The translations under genes were made by a program, and so were the position numbers. This document shows positions 1 through 13,055 of a stretch of DNA of 64,000 bases, one piece after another. The notes below the pieces were generated by a model. It saw only the letters and a program-made list of their open reading frames with translations, was not told the origin of the DNA and ran no database searches. This DNA is from Octopus vulgaris. Lineage: Eukaryota. Numbering within the stretch: position 1 is the stretch's first letter; each line of letters starts with the position of its first letter. The stretch is from NCBI GenBank assembly GCA_951406725.2, contig OX597831.1:7564001-7628000 (forward strand). The letters run 5' to 3'.

Positions 1-1625
1 GGGTTAAGGTTTCAAAAGCCAGTCATAGTCCCATAAGAGCTGTGTGGGGGCAGCTTCTTTTCAGGTAGCAACTATGCTGGGTATCTTTCGGCAAGTCCTT
101 TTCTTCTAGAAACATTATCTGTTTCCTTCTGACAATTCATTCCATAACTTTACTGAAATGAGAAGACAGATAGAGATGGACCTGCAGTTTTTAGCTTCTG
201 CTCTGTTCCTACCTTTATGGATAGGGAATATAATTTGTTTTAGCTTTTGAGGAAGTTTACCATTTGTAAGCGAACTCTGGAAAAGTATCTGAAGTAGTTT
301 TGCTAAAGCCTACTTATACAACTTCAAGCAAACAACTAAGAAACCCTTGGAACCACTTGCTGAGTTTAAGCTCTTTTCATCTTTGGCTATTGTTGGTTAC
401 ATCTGCCTTTTCATCTTTGTCTATTGTTGGTTACATCTGCCTTTTAATCTTTGGCTATTGTTACTTACATCTGCCTCTTCAATGTCAATGCAACTGATGC
501 TTGCTGCCTTCTTTTGTAGAACAATAATATCAAAGAACTCAGCCAGATTATTTGCATTGGGGAAGTGAAGACACTTTTGAATTGTTCACTGAGCACTTCA
601 CTTACCGTTTTGTGGTCCACAGTCAGTGAACCATTCCCTTGGAACAATGCTCTTATTTTGTAGGGAACTGTGGCAGTTTCCTTTGCAAATTTATAGAAAG
701 ATTTAGGGTTTGTTTTTACACTTTCCACAGCTCTGTTCTCTCTTTTTCACCTGAGAATTTGATTCTAATTTCAATTTCCATCAGTGTCTGTCTTATTTTT
801 GACTTTTCACCATTCTTCAGGCTTTAGTTCTGTGTCTTCAAAGGATTTTCCTATCTCTGGGGATTTTATTTTTGGGCCAAGCTGGCCTTTTTCCCTGGGG
901 CATATTTAGTGCATATAGCTTACATCATTAATATAAACTTCAAGTCGTCGTCTTGCATAGAAGACAGACTGCCACACCAATTTCATTTGTAGATCTCTTT
1001 GCTGATAGATTTCCATTCTGCTTTATGAAAATTCAAGTTGCATACAACTTTGGTCCTTCTAATAGAATCGATGCCAGTAGCTTGCCTTGGACCATACATT
1101 GTTAGCTTTACACTGTTGTGGTCTGAGAGTGCTGTCGGTGTCACCTTCCCATTATGGATAAGATCCATGTTATTTGTGAAGCAGAGATCCAAGATGTCAT
1201 TACCCCTGGTTGGCTGGAGTATCCCTCGTTCCATGAACAGCATATTACAAAGTTCTAGTAGTGATTCTATTTGCCTTTGTTCATGCAGTGACAACCCAAA
1301 GAGGATTCGGTCTTCAGGCCATTTCCCATTTGTGGGGTTGAAGTCACCCAGGAAGAGTATATTGATCAATCCCTCTTCCATGCATCTGAGGTTGTCTTTC
1401 AGTTGACCATCATGTTTCAAAGCATTTGGTGGATGATACCATGTGTACATCACCACTTCGAGTTACTTTAAGTACACTATGAATGTGTCACAAACCAAGT
1501 TCAATGGTGTGACATCTCCACAGATGTACAACACAATCCACCAAGCTCTTTCCCTTGTCTTTGGAAAACAGAACACATTGGGATGTGCATCTCTGCATAA
1601 TTTACATCTGCAGACCAAAGTGTTT
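1..1625 (-). mobile_element. Decayed CR1/Jockey-like LINE (APE endonuclease to start of RT)
   Basis: ORF 983..1456 has LGDFN, PTRGNDILDL and LSDH APE motifs. ORF 465..728 has KTNPKSFYKF. Bases 1-330 give frameshifted RT-like PIHKG..R..AKNCRSIS and KVME.IV. Confidence 0.85.
373..474. repeat. 34-bp tandem repeat x3 inside the LINE remnant
   Basis: cttttcatctttggctattgttggttacatctgc occurs three times with few substitutions. Confidence 0.9.
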
Positions 1626-3159
1626 CTCTAAGTGTGTGTGTGTGTGTGTGTGTACACACGAGACTAGACAAATTCAGTGGTTAGTCTAGTTTTACTCTGC
1701 CTGAGGAAAAGATAGGATGGTCATTGTTGGAGTGTCACAGTTTCAATCCACAACTGTACAACTTAAATCTGATTCAAAACATGAAACTTATCTCACACAC
1801 GCATATTTTGCTCTATTTTCACACAGTTCTTGTGACTCGATGAAAGAAGGTCACACGAATATCAAAATAGCCACCAACAACATTGCTAATTGATATTATC
1901 ATAAATTACAATACAATTAAGATAATGAAAGCTGATTATAATTGTTTGTGACATAAGCAAGAAGCCAGAAATTGTTAAAAGTGGGGAGAAGTCGATTCAA
2001 TTCGCCCTCACTCCACACTGTTTTATCAAACTCAGAGGAATGAAAGTCAAACGTTAGCTTCCATGGGGTGTGAACACAGAGCAACACAGAAGCCAGAAGA
2101 AATATTAAAGACAGGTAATCTGGTGCTGCCAATCCACCCTCCTAAAAAACCACTTTAAACTATTATTTTTACCCAGGTTACAAGTGAGCTTCTGACACTC
2201 AACAACCAAATTAATAAGGAAAAAAAAAAAAAAAAAGGTTGATCGCACAAGGGAGGTAACTCGTATAAGTAGTTTGCAATTCGGAGAGAATTAAGCTTCG
2301 ATGTTTTTAGATTAGAAAAATAATTCTGAGACTTGATCGATGTTATTTAGTTGGATATCAACTCTGCTTCAGCAAAAATCATCAGAGTTTTTTTTTTCTT
2401 TTTAATGGCAGGAAGAACTTCTGATGATTTGAGTAAGATTTCAACCTAAATTCCTACAAATTCTGAAATACTTAAATACATCACAAGACTGTACAAGACA
2501 CCTAGCTGCCCGTGGACGTGACATAATGAGAAAGTTCTTTTAAAAATAATAATAATAAAAAATTATTGTATACAGTGATCAGGTGCACCACAACTTGTCA
2601 GAAAGTGCGTATAAAGTATATCCTTTATAATCCTTTTAGAAAATTTTGGTGTGTCACAGTCGTCTGTTCTAGTTTCTTTTGCAATTTACTTTCTTTTTTT
2701 TAGGGGAACTTACTTTCACTTTTTTTTTTATGACGGTAAACAATATGCAAAGCAAATTGTTGCTGTTTAGCCCCAGGGCAGCCCTCACTGAACAGACTTG
2801 GAACCACTTGTACAAATGGTTCAGTTTGCATGCATTTGACCCTCAACAATTCACTTGATAATACTTCCATTGAAACCCCACCTACAAAAGCCATGTAGCT
2901 TCTACAGTTGCTCGACCTGGTAGAAACAGCAGCCAAATCTCTCTCAAGAAATCTTAGAACTTATCTTATTATGTTCCTTTACAATTAACTTTAAATTACA
3001 ATTAATTTTAATTCCCAGTTCCTATTTAATCAATCCCCAGGGTCAACCCAAAGAAAGAAAACCTGAACTTGGGGAGGACCAAAACAGAAAAGTGCAAGAA
3101 TTTGTTGAAATTTGAAGGACAATCTTTTGAAAAGCAAACAAACAAAAAAAAGCACTTAC

Positions 3160-3414
3160 TTTGAAATGTTATACGTAGTTGTGTATTCTTTGTTGAGCAC
3201 CTCTACCAGACTTCATCTACAGATCTTGTGGGAGCGCCCTTCAATAAGTTCCTCAACACAAGTTTTGCACCATATGAGTGGTACTATTTGTGTGTGTGTG
3301 CACACATGAATCATGTGTGAAACTGCAGCAGAGACATAACATAGACTGGATTGTTTTAACAACTTCTATACTTTTTAGCTGTGAGAACCGTCTTGAAGCC
3401 AAGTTTCCAGGACA
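3160..3414 (-). other. Candidate internal non-coding or 5'UTR exon
   Basis: Acceptor ttttctactttgttgttccacag and donor AAA/gtaagt. Unique sequence with stops in all frames. Confidence 0.45.
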
Positions 3415-3816
3415 CTGTGGAACAACAAAGTAGAAAATTATTTTAAAACTCATTTAAGTTTTGGTTATAGTATAGTAATTGGTGTCAAATAGAGAAGAAA
3501 AAAAAGAACTTATTTACAAAATAAAGTTAATTAAAAACTTTAATTATATAAAAGAATTTTTAAAATAGTAACTTCAAAAAAATATTTTTTAAAAATTTCT
3601 TATGAGTTGATTAACAATCAGACAAATCACATTTTTCAGGAAATGTTTTTTTTAAACTTACACCAGAATCTTTCAATATTTTGTGGTGGGGGAACATTTA
3701 TATCCAATCACAAAAAAAAAAAAAAGTTATATTAAATTAATTATTTACTTTAAAATGCTCAAAATACATATCACAAAAAATTTTCACCAATAATCTCTCT
3801 TTTTTTAGAACATACC

Positions 3817-4049
3817 TATTTCTTTACTACCTACAAGGGGCTAAACACAGAGGGGACAAACAAGGACAGACAAACGGATCAAGTCGATTATATCGACCCC
3901 AGTGCGTAACTGGTACTTATTTAATCGACCCCGAAAGGATGAAAGGCAAAGTCGACCTCGGCGGAATTTGAACTCAGAACGTAGCGGTAGACGAAATACC
4001 GCTAAGCATTTCGCCTGGCGAGTTAGCGTTTCTCCCAGCTCGCCACCTT
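3817..4049 (-). mobile_element. tRNA-headed SINE, family A (~230 bp)
   Basis: Head ggcgagctgg..gaaacg, B box gagttcaaattcc, core gcctttcatcctttcggggtcgat, tail gtagtaaagaaata. Many near-identical copies in the window. Confidence 0.9.
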
Positions 4050-4459
4050 TTCAGAATATACCATTAATGAAGGATTGCCAACAACACATTTTGAAAAGGG
4101 GGAAAAAGCCAGACACTACTGCATAAAAGAATGGCTAACTAATTTCTGTTGGTCAAGATTCAAGAGAAATGAAAGAGGTTTTGATTTATGATCCAGAAAG
4201 TGAAAGTTCTAAAGTCAGCAGAGATTCTAATTTGTCAGAAATTTTGCAGTGATACCAAAAGTGAAAAAACTGTTTTTTCTTTGAAATGAAATAAAAGTTA
4301 AACAAAACCTGATGAAACAAAATGGTTATTGTAAAATCTGTTTGTAAATTGTGTTGGATTAATTTTATTATAATTTTCAGACTAATAAACTAAAATATAC
4401 AAATTAGACCAGATAATACTGCATAAGGCATTTAAATTACTGCCTATTAGAGTGAACTA

Positions 4460-4870
4460 TGGCTCCGGTTACTTATCCCCTCAGTTCTGGAGCCAGTAGG
4501 ATTATTCAGAAGCGATGGGAAGGGACCAGATGATCTTACTCTCTGTCCCTGGGTAAGAGATAAGCGCCTCATCTGGGACATCACCGTCTGTGACTCTTTT
4601 GTTCCTTCCTACATCCTGGATGCTATGGTAACTAGGAGGATTCACTGGTTCCTTAACCAAATGGAACAAAACCCTGAAGTATCGGGACCTATCTCTTCCA
4701 ACCTGTGGCATTTGAGATGTTCAGAGGGGCTGGGCCACTAACAGCAAAGTTCTTGTCTTACCGAGGTGTCAGGTGATGTCTATGAGGGTGCTTGGCTTTT
4801 CCAACACTTTAGCCTTGTCATCACCCATGGTAACACTGTGAGCAGGTTGGCTTGCTTCAGTAGGTTCTGT
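4460..4870 (+). mobile_element. CRE-like non-LTR remnant (restriction-like endonuclease end)
   Basis: Translates LEPVGLFRSDGKGPDDLTLCPWVRDKRLIWDITVCDS…KYRDL…WLFQHFSLVITHGN. This resembles the RPDG.TL.PW…WD.TV.D…QRLS…RGN pattern. Confidence 0.7.
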
Positions 4871-5019
4871 TGAACCTTATGGTGTGTGACCAATTGAAGC
4901 ACCTGGGACTGCAATGATGTTTTTTTTATTTTTTTTGGTCTTTTTGTTCTTTTTCTTTCTTTGTTCCTCTTTTTCCATTTTTTCTCCCAATTTTGGATTT
5001 GTATTTTTACTGTGGTTTT

Positions 5020-6398
5020 GTGACCTTGCTCTAATAGCTGAGTCACTATCAGAACTAGAGGAGAAGCTTCAGGTGAAGAAGCAAGGCCTAGAATCAAAGG
5101 GCCCAAGGGTCATCCTAGCAAAAACCAAAGTCCTAATAAGTAGGAAGGCAGACAAACCACAAATATTTTCAGGTAGATGGCCCTGCTTGATTTGTAGAAA
5201 AGGTGTAATTAGAAACTCCATAAGATGTACCAGTGTAAGCTATGGACACATAAGAGGTGCAGCAATATCAAAGGAAGGCTAACTGGGAATATAGTTTTTG
5301 TGTGTGGTAAATGCACAGAGGCAATAAACACTGAAAATGTGCAGAGAACAGCTTCGGTCGCATTCCAGAGAAAAAAAACTACAAGTAGTTGATAGCTTCT
5401 GTTACCAAGGTGACCAAGTCAGTAGCAGGGGTGGATGCTCTGAAAGTGTAGCTGCTAGAATAAGAATAATCTGGGCAAAGTTCAGAGAGCTCCTACCTCT
5501 GCTGGAAACAAAGGGCCTCTCACTCAGAGTAAAAGGTAGACTGTATGACACGTGTGCGAACAGCTATGCTACATGGCAGTGAAACATGGGCTGTGACTGC
5601 TGAAGGCATGCGTAAGCTTGCAAGGAATGAAGCCAGTATGCTTCGATGGATGTGTAATGTCAGTGTGCATAAACAACAGAGTGTAAGTGCCCTGAGAGAA
5701 AAGTTGGACTTAAGAAGCATCAGATGAGACAACTGTGCTGGTATGGTCATGTGTTGCTAATGGATGAGGACAGCTGTGTGAAAAGGTGTCACACCCTAGC
5801 AGTAGAGAAAACTTGTGGAAGAGGTAGACCCAGGAAGACCTGGGATGAGATGGTGAAGCATGACCTTTGAACACTGGGCCTCACCGAGGCAATGACAAGC
5901 AACCAAGACCTTTGGAGATATGCTGTGCTTGAGAAGACCCAGCAAGCCAAGTCAGACTGTAGCCATGGCCTATGCCAGTGCAGCATAACCAGCCCATTTA
6001 AGACTACCCTTTAATCATTGGGCAATAAACTGCACTTACGAAGACCTGTTGAGGCAAGTGAAATCGTTGTCATGGCTGATGACAGTACTCCCTGATTGGC
6101 ACCCATGTCAGTAGCACGTTAAAGCACCATTCGAGTGTGATCATTGCCAGTGCCGCTTGACTGGCTCCTGTGCTGGTGGCACGTAACAAGCACCATTTGA
6201 GCTTGGTCGATGATAGTGCTGCCTGACTGGCCCTCATGCCAGTGGCACGTAAAAAGCACCCATTACATTCTCAGAGTGGTTGGCATTAGGAAGGGAATCC
6301 AGCTGTAGAAACTTTGTCAGATCAGATTGGAGCCTGGTGCAGCCATCTGGTTCGCCAGCATGGAAAGTGGACGTTAAACAACGATGATGGTGATGATG
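5020..6398 (+). mobile_element. 5'-truncated RTE-clade LINE with 3'UTR and (GAT)n tail
   Basis: Frameshifted ORFs 4914..5282, 5337..5582 and 5545..5727 give RT C-terminal motifs (KTKVL, VVDSFCY.GD, AMLHGSETW, WYGHV, GRGRPRKTW). The UTR ends gttaaacaacgatgatg. Confidence 0.9.
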
Positions 6399-6708
6399 TA
6401 TCATTTACATACGTGTTACATTCCAATAAAAATAAACTTTTTCTCACCAGTTAAAAAAGTAACTTATATCAAACATTGTGGAGCATTATTAAAATGACTT
6501 GCTGCTCTTTGGAAAATGAATTTTCGATTTTTACCATTCACACAATTATTGTATGGCAATGGTGTTGTTTGGAAAAATTCAGGAACACATTAATATAGTA
6601 TTAAGAAATGTGAATTTAATTAAGGTCGGTCCTTTGCGATGCTATCTAAACAGTTTCTAAAAAGTACCGATTCTAGATGTGGCGAGTTGTCTTCAGCAGA
6701 CAAAATCC

Positions 6709-7425
6709 AGCGTATCTACATAAATGTGACCCCCACCGACTTTGTTTCCTTGTAATTTCCAGAAAAATAGATATTTTTTAATGAAATTTTCTACAAAATA
6801 TGCTTCAGATGGCGCAGATTCCGATTATATCGGAATTTGTGGTGAAAAAACATTTTTTCCCCCCGAGGCTGGAGTGAAGAGTTACAGATAATTCACACGA
6901 ACTGGCTTTGTCTCCACATATTTTTGGGGAAAAATGGGTATTTTTTCAATGAAGTTTACTACAAATACCTTTTAGAGTGTGTAAATTACGATTATATCGT
7001 TGTTTAATAGGAAAAAGAAAAGCAGTGGATTTGTACACATACACACATACTGACAAACGTTGGTTATTTTGTCGAAATTTTAAGTTTCATTTTGTATGAA
7101 GTGTTTCAGTATACGAACCCACCAAAAACAGGGGTTTTTTTTGGCTTTTTCAAATTAAATAACGATATAATCATAATTTACGCATTTTGAAAGGTATTTG
7201 TAGGAAATTTCGTTACAAAAAATATCCAATTTTCTGAAAGTTATAAGGAAACAAAACCAACTCGTGTCAATTTTCCGAAATTCCTCTTTCCACTTTCGGA
7301 AACTTTTTTCTTTTCTTTTTCATCCCATCTGAAGCGTATTTATAGAAAATTTCATTTAAAAATATCCATTTTTCAGAAAGTTATGAGGAAACAAAGTCGG
7401 TGGGTCACATTTGTGTTGATATGCT
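6709..7425. mobile_element. Foldback MITE (~717 bp) with long modular TIRs
   Basis: 6709-6812 is the inverted complement of 7324-7425, with a second inverted pair at ~6900-7010 / 7155-7265. Flanks are caaaatcc / caaaatct (8-bp TSD, 7/8 match). Confidence 0.85.
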
Positions 7426-7925
7426 CAAAATCTATGGATTAAATAAAGAAAAACCAGAGGAGTTTAGTTTTGGAGATTTTGCTCGAAATAAAATCCTTTT
7501 TCTTTTTTTAATGAAAGATTGTCAAATGCGTTAAAAAACAGTTTTAAATCTAATAACTGGTTTATGTAATGAAGTTCCCAATAGCAACACGATTATAGAA
7601 ATAGGTTATTTAATTTAGCCTTTCTAATAAATGTTACAATTCTGTTGAATTAAAGCTCAAGCTGGAAGCTAAAATGATTAAAGTGGCATAAATGATTGGG
7701 TTTTGTGAGGTTTTCGAAAACCTTTCGATAATAGATTTGCCAACACAGGCGAAAAGGAAAATAATAAAAAAGTAGTCATTCACCAATTATCCCGAACGAA
7801 ATTGCTAAGCACACAATAAATGGATAGTTATGATGAAAATTCGACATATATATATATATATAGAAATTCTGGTCTTTGGTTTAGGAAAGACTCAATAAAA
7901 TGGGAAATATTTAGAAAATATTTAC

Positions 7926-8560
7926 CTTGTCAGAAATTGGTGAAATTTTACCGATGAGTGTAAAAGAAAGAAAATGACTCTCCCCAGAAATTGGTGATTT
8001 CTTCGTCAAAAAAGTGAAGACATTTCGGTACTAGTAGCGTAGACTGGACCCGGTTTGCGCACGAACGAAAAATGGAAATTTGATGTAATTTCTTTTTAAA
8101 TACAAATTAAAGTTATTAAATGGATTTAATAACTTCAATTAATGGTTCAGATACATTGCATTGCCATCAACGTCCACGGTGACCAACACCACCGAATGGA
8201 ACTGGTTTTTGACTAACGAAATACTTTGAGGCTGTAACGTGGTAGTAATTATTCCGGTTGATATTCAAATGCCGTTATTTTCCCGTTTGCCAGGCCATAA
8301 ACCGCCCCCCAAAAAACCACGAGGACAATGACAGGCAGAAAAGCTCGCTTATCCTAGAAAAATAAATATCTTTTCGAAAAATGAGTTGTGACATTTTGAC
8401 AGTTCGTCACTTGAATGGTGAGAGTTTGCTGGGAGATTTATTTAATCACAACAATCCCGACAGAGTTGGATGCGACGAAGACCGTAATTTTACACAGAAT
8501 TGTCTCGAGTATTTACAGCTAATCGTTCTCCCTTCTGTGGAATTCCGGTCGAATAGAGTT
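7926..8560 (-). promoter_or_regulatory. CpG-enriched unique segment; candidate promoter and first exon
   Basis: Local CpG excess (e.g. gacccggtttgcgcacgaacg), no repeat homology, and a minus-strand donor AAG/gtaaat at 7926/7925. Confidence 0.45.
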
Positions 8561-8849
8561 GGACATTATCAAGGGTGCCTAAAACTGTAATTTCTTTGGA
8601 TTTGTATGCTTTAAGCATCACAGATTACAGTTCTGTAAATACTTACACACAAACGGGAGATTTTTGTTTTTACCCCCCCTCCCTATCTTCTCAGTAAATT
8701 TTAAGTTTTCATTTTTTATGAAAAGTTTTTATTTTTTCAGATTGCCGTTGGACATGATTTTGAAGTCTGATAATTTCAATTCTGAAAACAAATTTCAAAA
8801 TGAATTCCAAACTGAAAAATGACAGAAAAGGAAGGCGGAGGTTCAAATC

Positions 8850-10290
8850 TCACCCCAATCTTGAAGATTCGTAATTTACGAGGCTTAAAATATACAGACT
8901 CAAAGAAATTATGGTTTTTGGTTAGTAAAATATTCTGGAAACCCTCTTCCATACCTGTTGTTAAGAGTTTGGCTGGGGTTCTTTTCTCGACAGAGAACAG
9001 CATCTTTGAGAGGTGCAGAGAATATTTTGCTGATTTCCAAAATCCAGTTCCAATAATATATTCTGGTGGGGGTGCATCTAGGGGTGAAGACTAATCTCAC
9101 AGACTGGAATCTTAAAAGCAATTAAAACACTCGAATATAGCAAGGCCACCAGGGAGGAGGAAATTTGGTCTGAGATGTTAAAAACTTTAAACAGAGAAAG
9201 TATTTTCTGCCTGACTTATGCATATCAGGTAGCTTGGAGCTCTGGGAAAGAAACAAAACAATGGTAATAGCCCCAATTTTTAAAGAGAAGGGAGTCAGGA
9301 GAGAGAGAGCACCCTAATTATAGAGGAATCTCCTTGTTGAGCTTCCCCAGTAAAGTCTAATCTAGGTGTCTAGAAAGGAGATTTAGGGAAATTGCCAAGC
9401 GGAAGAATAGTGTGGATTCCACCCTGGACATAGCACAACCAGAGAGATATTCACTCAGAGGCAGGTCTTTGATAAATTGCAGGAATATTGCCAAGACTTG
9501 CATAGCTTACTTAGTAGTTCTCAAAAAGGCATATGACTGCATGCCATGCAAATTCCAGTTGCCTTGAAATCTCTTTAAGAATGCTCAGATGTTAGCATTC
9601 GAGTAAATGATGCCAAGTTGAAACTTTTTAATGTGGGTGTTGGATTTTGGCAGTTCACCTTCTTTCATCATCATCATCATTGTTCGACCGTGGTCGAGAC
9701 AATGGAATTTACTATGTTACGCCAGACCTCACGGTCCATCAAAGCATTGCGGAGGTCCTGTTGCTGGATGCCTGTATCCCTGGAGATTACATCAGGGTAG
9801 GAGAGTGTGCGCCCTCTGGTATCGCAAGCAGATGGCTTCCAGAGGAGAAGAGTAGAAATTACCTCATTTTCAGCTCTACAACAATGTCCAGCAAACTGGA
9901 CTCTTATACCTTTCACAAGAGCTGGTACATAATGGATTGACATTCACAGCCATTGTGGAAGAAATGACAATCAGTGAGGGTAGGATCGGTCGGGTGACAT
10001 TTGCAGACAACATGGTGCCACTTGGCTTGTCAGAAGATGATCTTCAACATGGACTGAATGGTTTCTCTGCTGAATGCTGCAAGGCAGGAATGAGAGTGAG
10101 TGTTGCCAAGACTGGAACATTGGTTCTCTCAAGAAAGTCTTGTCAGTGCATTCTGCTTGTTAGTGAAACATCACTGAGACGAGTGGAGAAGTTTAAGTGT
10201 CTTAGGGCTGTATCCATAAGTGGTAGGAAGCAGAAGATGGACGGACGGACGGACAGATGCACGGATGGATGGTGCACTAAATTTCCAACT
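8850..10290 (+). mobile_element. Decayed RTE-clade LINE RT fragment interrupted by a nested insertion
   Basis: ERCREYF, NYRGISLLS, CGFHPGHSTT, LKKAYD, TFADNMV and VEKFKCL motifs across broken frames. Confidence 0.8.
9664..9937 (-). mobile_element. 3' end of a younger RTE-like LINE with (TGA)n tail
   Basis: ORF 9677..9943 (RVQFAGHCCRAE…DREVWR) is nearly identical to the copy at 63300-63578. Confidence 0.85.
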
Positions 10291-12129
10291 CTATTCCACA
10301 GGAATACTTTCTTCTATTAACATTGTATATTCTTCAGTAGACAATGGCCAGGTTTTACTCCCATTAATTATAAATGCAATCGCAAAATAATGGTAATGAA
10401 TAACCCCCCCCCCACTCGTATGACAATGTTGCTTGTTCACAACCATCGTGTGGTGTTGAGAAAAGGATACACACACACACACTCATATATCAGGCTTCTT
10501 TCAGTTTCCATCTACTGAATCCATTGACAAGGCTTTTGGTCAGCCCTGGGGCTATAGCAGAAGACACTTGGGCCATGGTACCACATGGTGAGATTGAACC
10601 TGAGAGCACATGGTTGGCAAGCAAACTTCTTAACCGCAGTCACACCAAGCAAATATTATTTGTTCTTTTGTTGTTTTGTGATCATTGTTTGTTTGTTTTT
10701 TTTTTTTCTTGCTGGAGAAACAAATGGTTTGCAACTGGACGTTCTTTCTGGTCAATGAGAAGCAAGAAATAAGTTTATCCCGTCCGGCAGATTGAAGCAA
10801 ATCTCATTTAAGTGATTTTACTCACAAAGCAGCAGAAGTCAGAATTTAACTCCTGACTTTATGCTAAGTAATCCAGCAAACTTAACCGCCAAGCACATGA
10901 TTCTTCAAATAATTGTTTCACTACATTCGAAATAATCAATTCAACAAGATTCTTCTTGCATAATTTGTCTGTTTCTGCTGTGGTTTGTTTACAGCTAAAA
11001 CATTGTTGCCAAGAATTTGACAAAGACTAAACATTTGAAGAAAATAACAATGTAGAACTTAAACCTGCAGGGAGAGAGACAGAGAGAGAGACAGAGAGAG
11101 AGAGAGAGACACAGAGAGAGAGAGACAGAGAGAGAGAGAGTAGTGGTGGTGGTATTTTTAATTTGAAATAAGAATTCAATGAATCAAATGTTTTGCCATG
11201 TTTGCATTTAAAAACGAGACACTCGAAGCTACACCAAGTCATAAAAAATGTCTTTTCAACACCATTTGTCACTAAGTTGGCACCATTTAACTGGAGAAGT
11301 GAAATGTTATTTTGTTATGCTGTAACCCTGCCATGATCCATAATGGATTAAATGTATTCTGCTCAAAGAATTGGTGTTTCTTTTGTGTTGGTGAAATAAG
11401 GATTCTGGGGAATTTTCTGAATGTTTAGCATGTAGAAATTTTGTGTATAATTCCAAATAGGTCTGTTTTGTTTCTTTCTACTGGTTTCAGTCATTGCATT
11501 AAGGCCATGCTGGAGCACTGCCTTGAAAAGTTTATATTTTTTTTAGTTGGTTATAACACTCAAGTTCTTTGATTCATATTTTGTGGATGACATTTTGGCC
11601 ATTTCGGTGCCGCCTACTTGGCATCACTGACTCAGCATCGACTAACTTGACATCAGACGGTTTAGTGTTTCCCTCACTTCCTCTCGCTTTATCTGTGTCT
11701 ATGTGGAATGTTTCATTCTATCTCTATATGTGTGTTTCTGTGTGTACTTGTGTGTGTGTGTGTTATTTTTGCCTCTTGTGCCAAAAAGTTAGTCACCAGA
11801 ACAGGCCGGATGTCCAAACAGCTGTGCCAAATCATCCCATTTCCTTTACTTTATCGATCTTGTGAGAAACGAAAGGCAAACCATTCTTTTGGTAAATCCT
11901 GTAAACTATTCCTGTTTCACAAATTGGTTTTGCTCACTCGATGCTGACATTTATGTAAGTATGGCCTTCCATACAGCTTGTTTACCAAATTCCAATCATA
12001 TGTCACTGGTCAACCTGAGCTCATAGCAGGGGACAATTTCCCAAAATGTCACACAGCAGGATTGAACCTGGAACCATGTGGTTGTGAAGTAAACTTTTTC
12101 ACCACCCATCCATGTGTGTGTGTGTGATA

Positions 12130-13055
12130 TATTTACATTGCTGATTGGGCTGTCAGTGACTAGACTGACACCCCTACCGACCCTGCTTGGCAAGGTCTTT
12201 ATTGAACACTCTGCAGACAAAAAACAAAACCTGTCAAAGTTCAGATAAATTCTACAGCCATCCAACATCTGGGAGCAAGAGACTCCTAGTTTTTGTCTGC
12301 AACACCAGCAACTTTGTGTCCTGTAATATGGATTAGTTCTTCTTTTGTGACGAACGTATGCACTGTTTACAGAATGGAGTCGACCCTGTGCAAAGTTTTT
12401 GCTCACTTGAAAAAACTTCAAGCGCAGGTAAGTCCATCTGCTACTGAGCAGATTATGATTATTTAAGCATAGGCTACAGGTGTCAACCTAAAAAGAAAAC
12501 CAAGAGAGGATTCGTCCCTACAGGTAGTAGGATGGTTATGGCTCCCTGTGACAAACTCCTGCATCCAGAACTTCTCTGTTGTCTTGATTTTGTCTGGTGG
12601 CCAGATACCAGAAGAGCAGAAACAGAGGATTGTGGTAGATGCTCAGCAATTCTACCTCACCTTAAAAATCTTGCACAAGTCAGTACAGCTTTAATGGGGG
12701 TTTTTTGGGTTGGATGGGGAGCAATGACAGTAGAGCTGGAAGGTTGGGAACTGTCAGTCATAAATTCACACCCCAAAAGGCTCAGAGTATTTGGTTGTTT
12801 CTTGCAAACAAAGCAGCACTGAGCTCCAATAGGCCCCTGTTCAGGAACACATTGCTCACCTCCTTAGAACAAGAAAGGGGCTAGAAAAAGGTGTCTCCTA
12901 AAACTGCTACTTTATTCCTTCCTGGCTAGCAGACCGAGGCTGACAGGATGCAGACATAACATAGGCCGTTGGTGCATGGAATGTATGCATTTTGCTTGGT
13001 AACAACCAAGGAGAAAGACCAGCAAGATTAGCCCTTGTTGGTAAAGAATTATGAA
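12130..13055 (+). mobile_element. RTE LINE 5'UTR and start of APE domain, truncated
   Basis: 12968-13053 translates VGAWNVCILLGNNQGERPARLALVGKEL*, matching the RTE motif GTWNVRTL…RPERRTALVAREL. The 5' boundary is approximate. Confidence 0.65.

Noticed and set aside
3902-4126. Recurrent MRNWYL…KDERQSRP ORFs
   Set aside because: Antisense reading of SINE family A, not a gene family.
10826-11064. Possible minus-strand exon after a (CT)n tract
   Set aside because: The acceptor strength comes from a microsatellite, there are stops in all frames, and it has no link to other exons.
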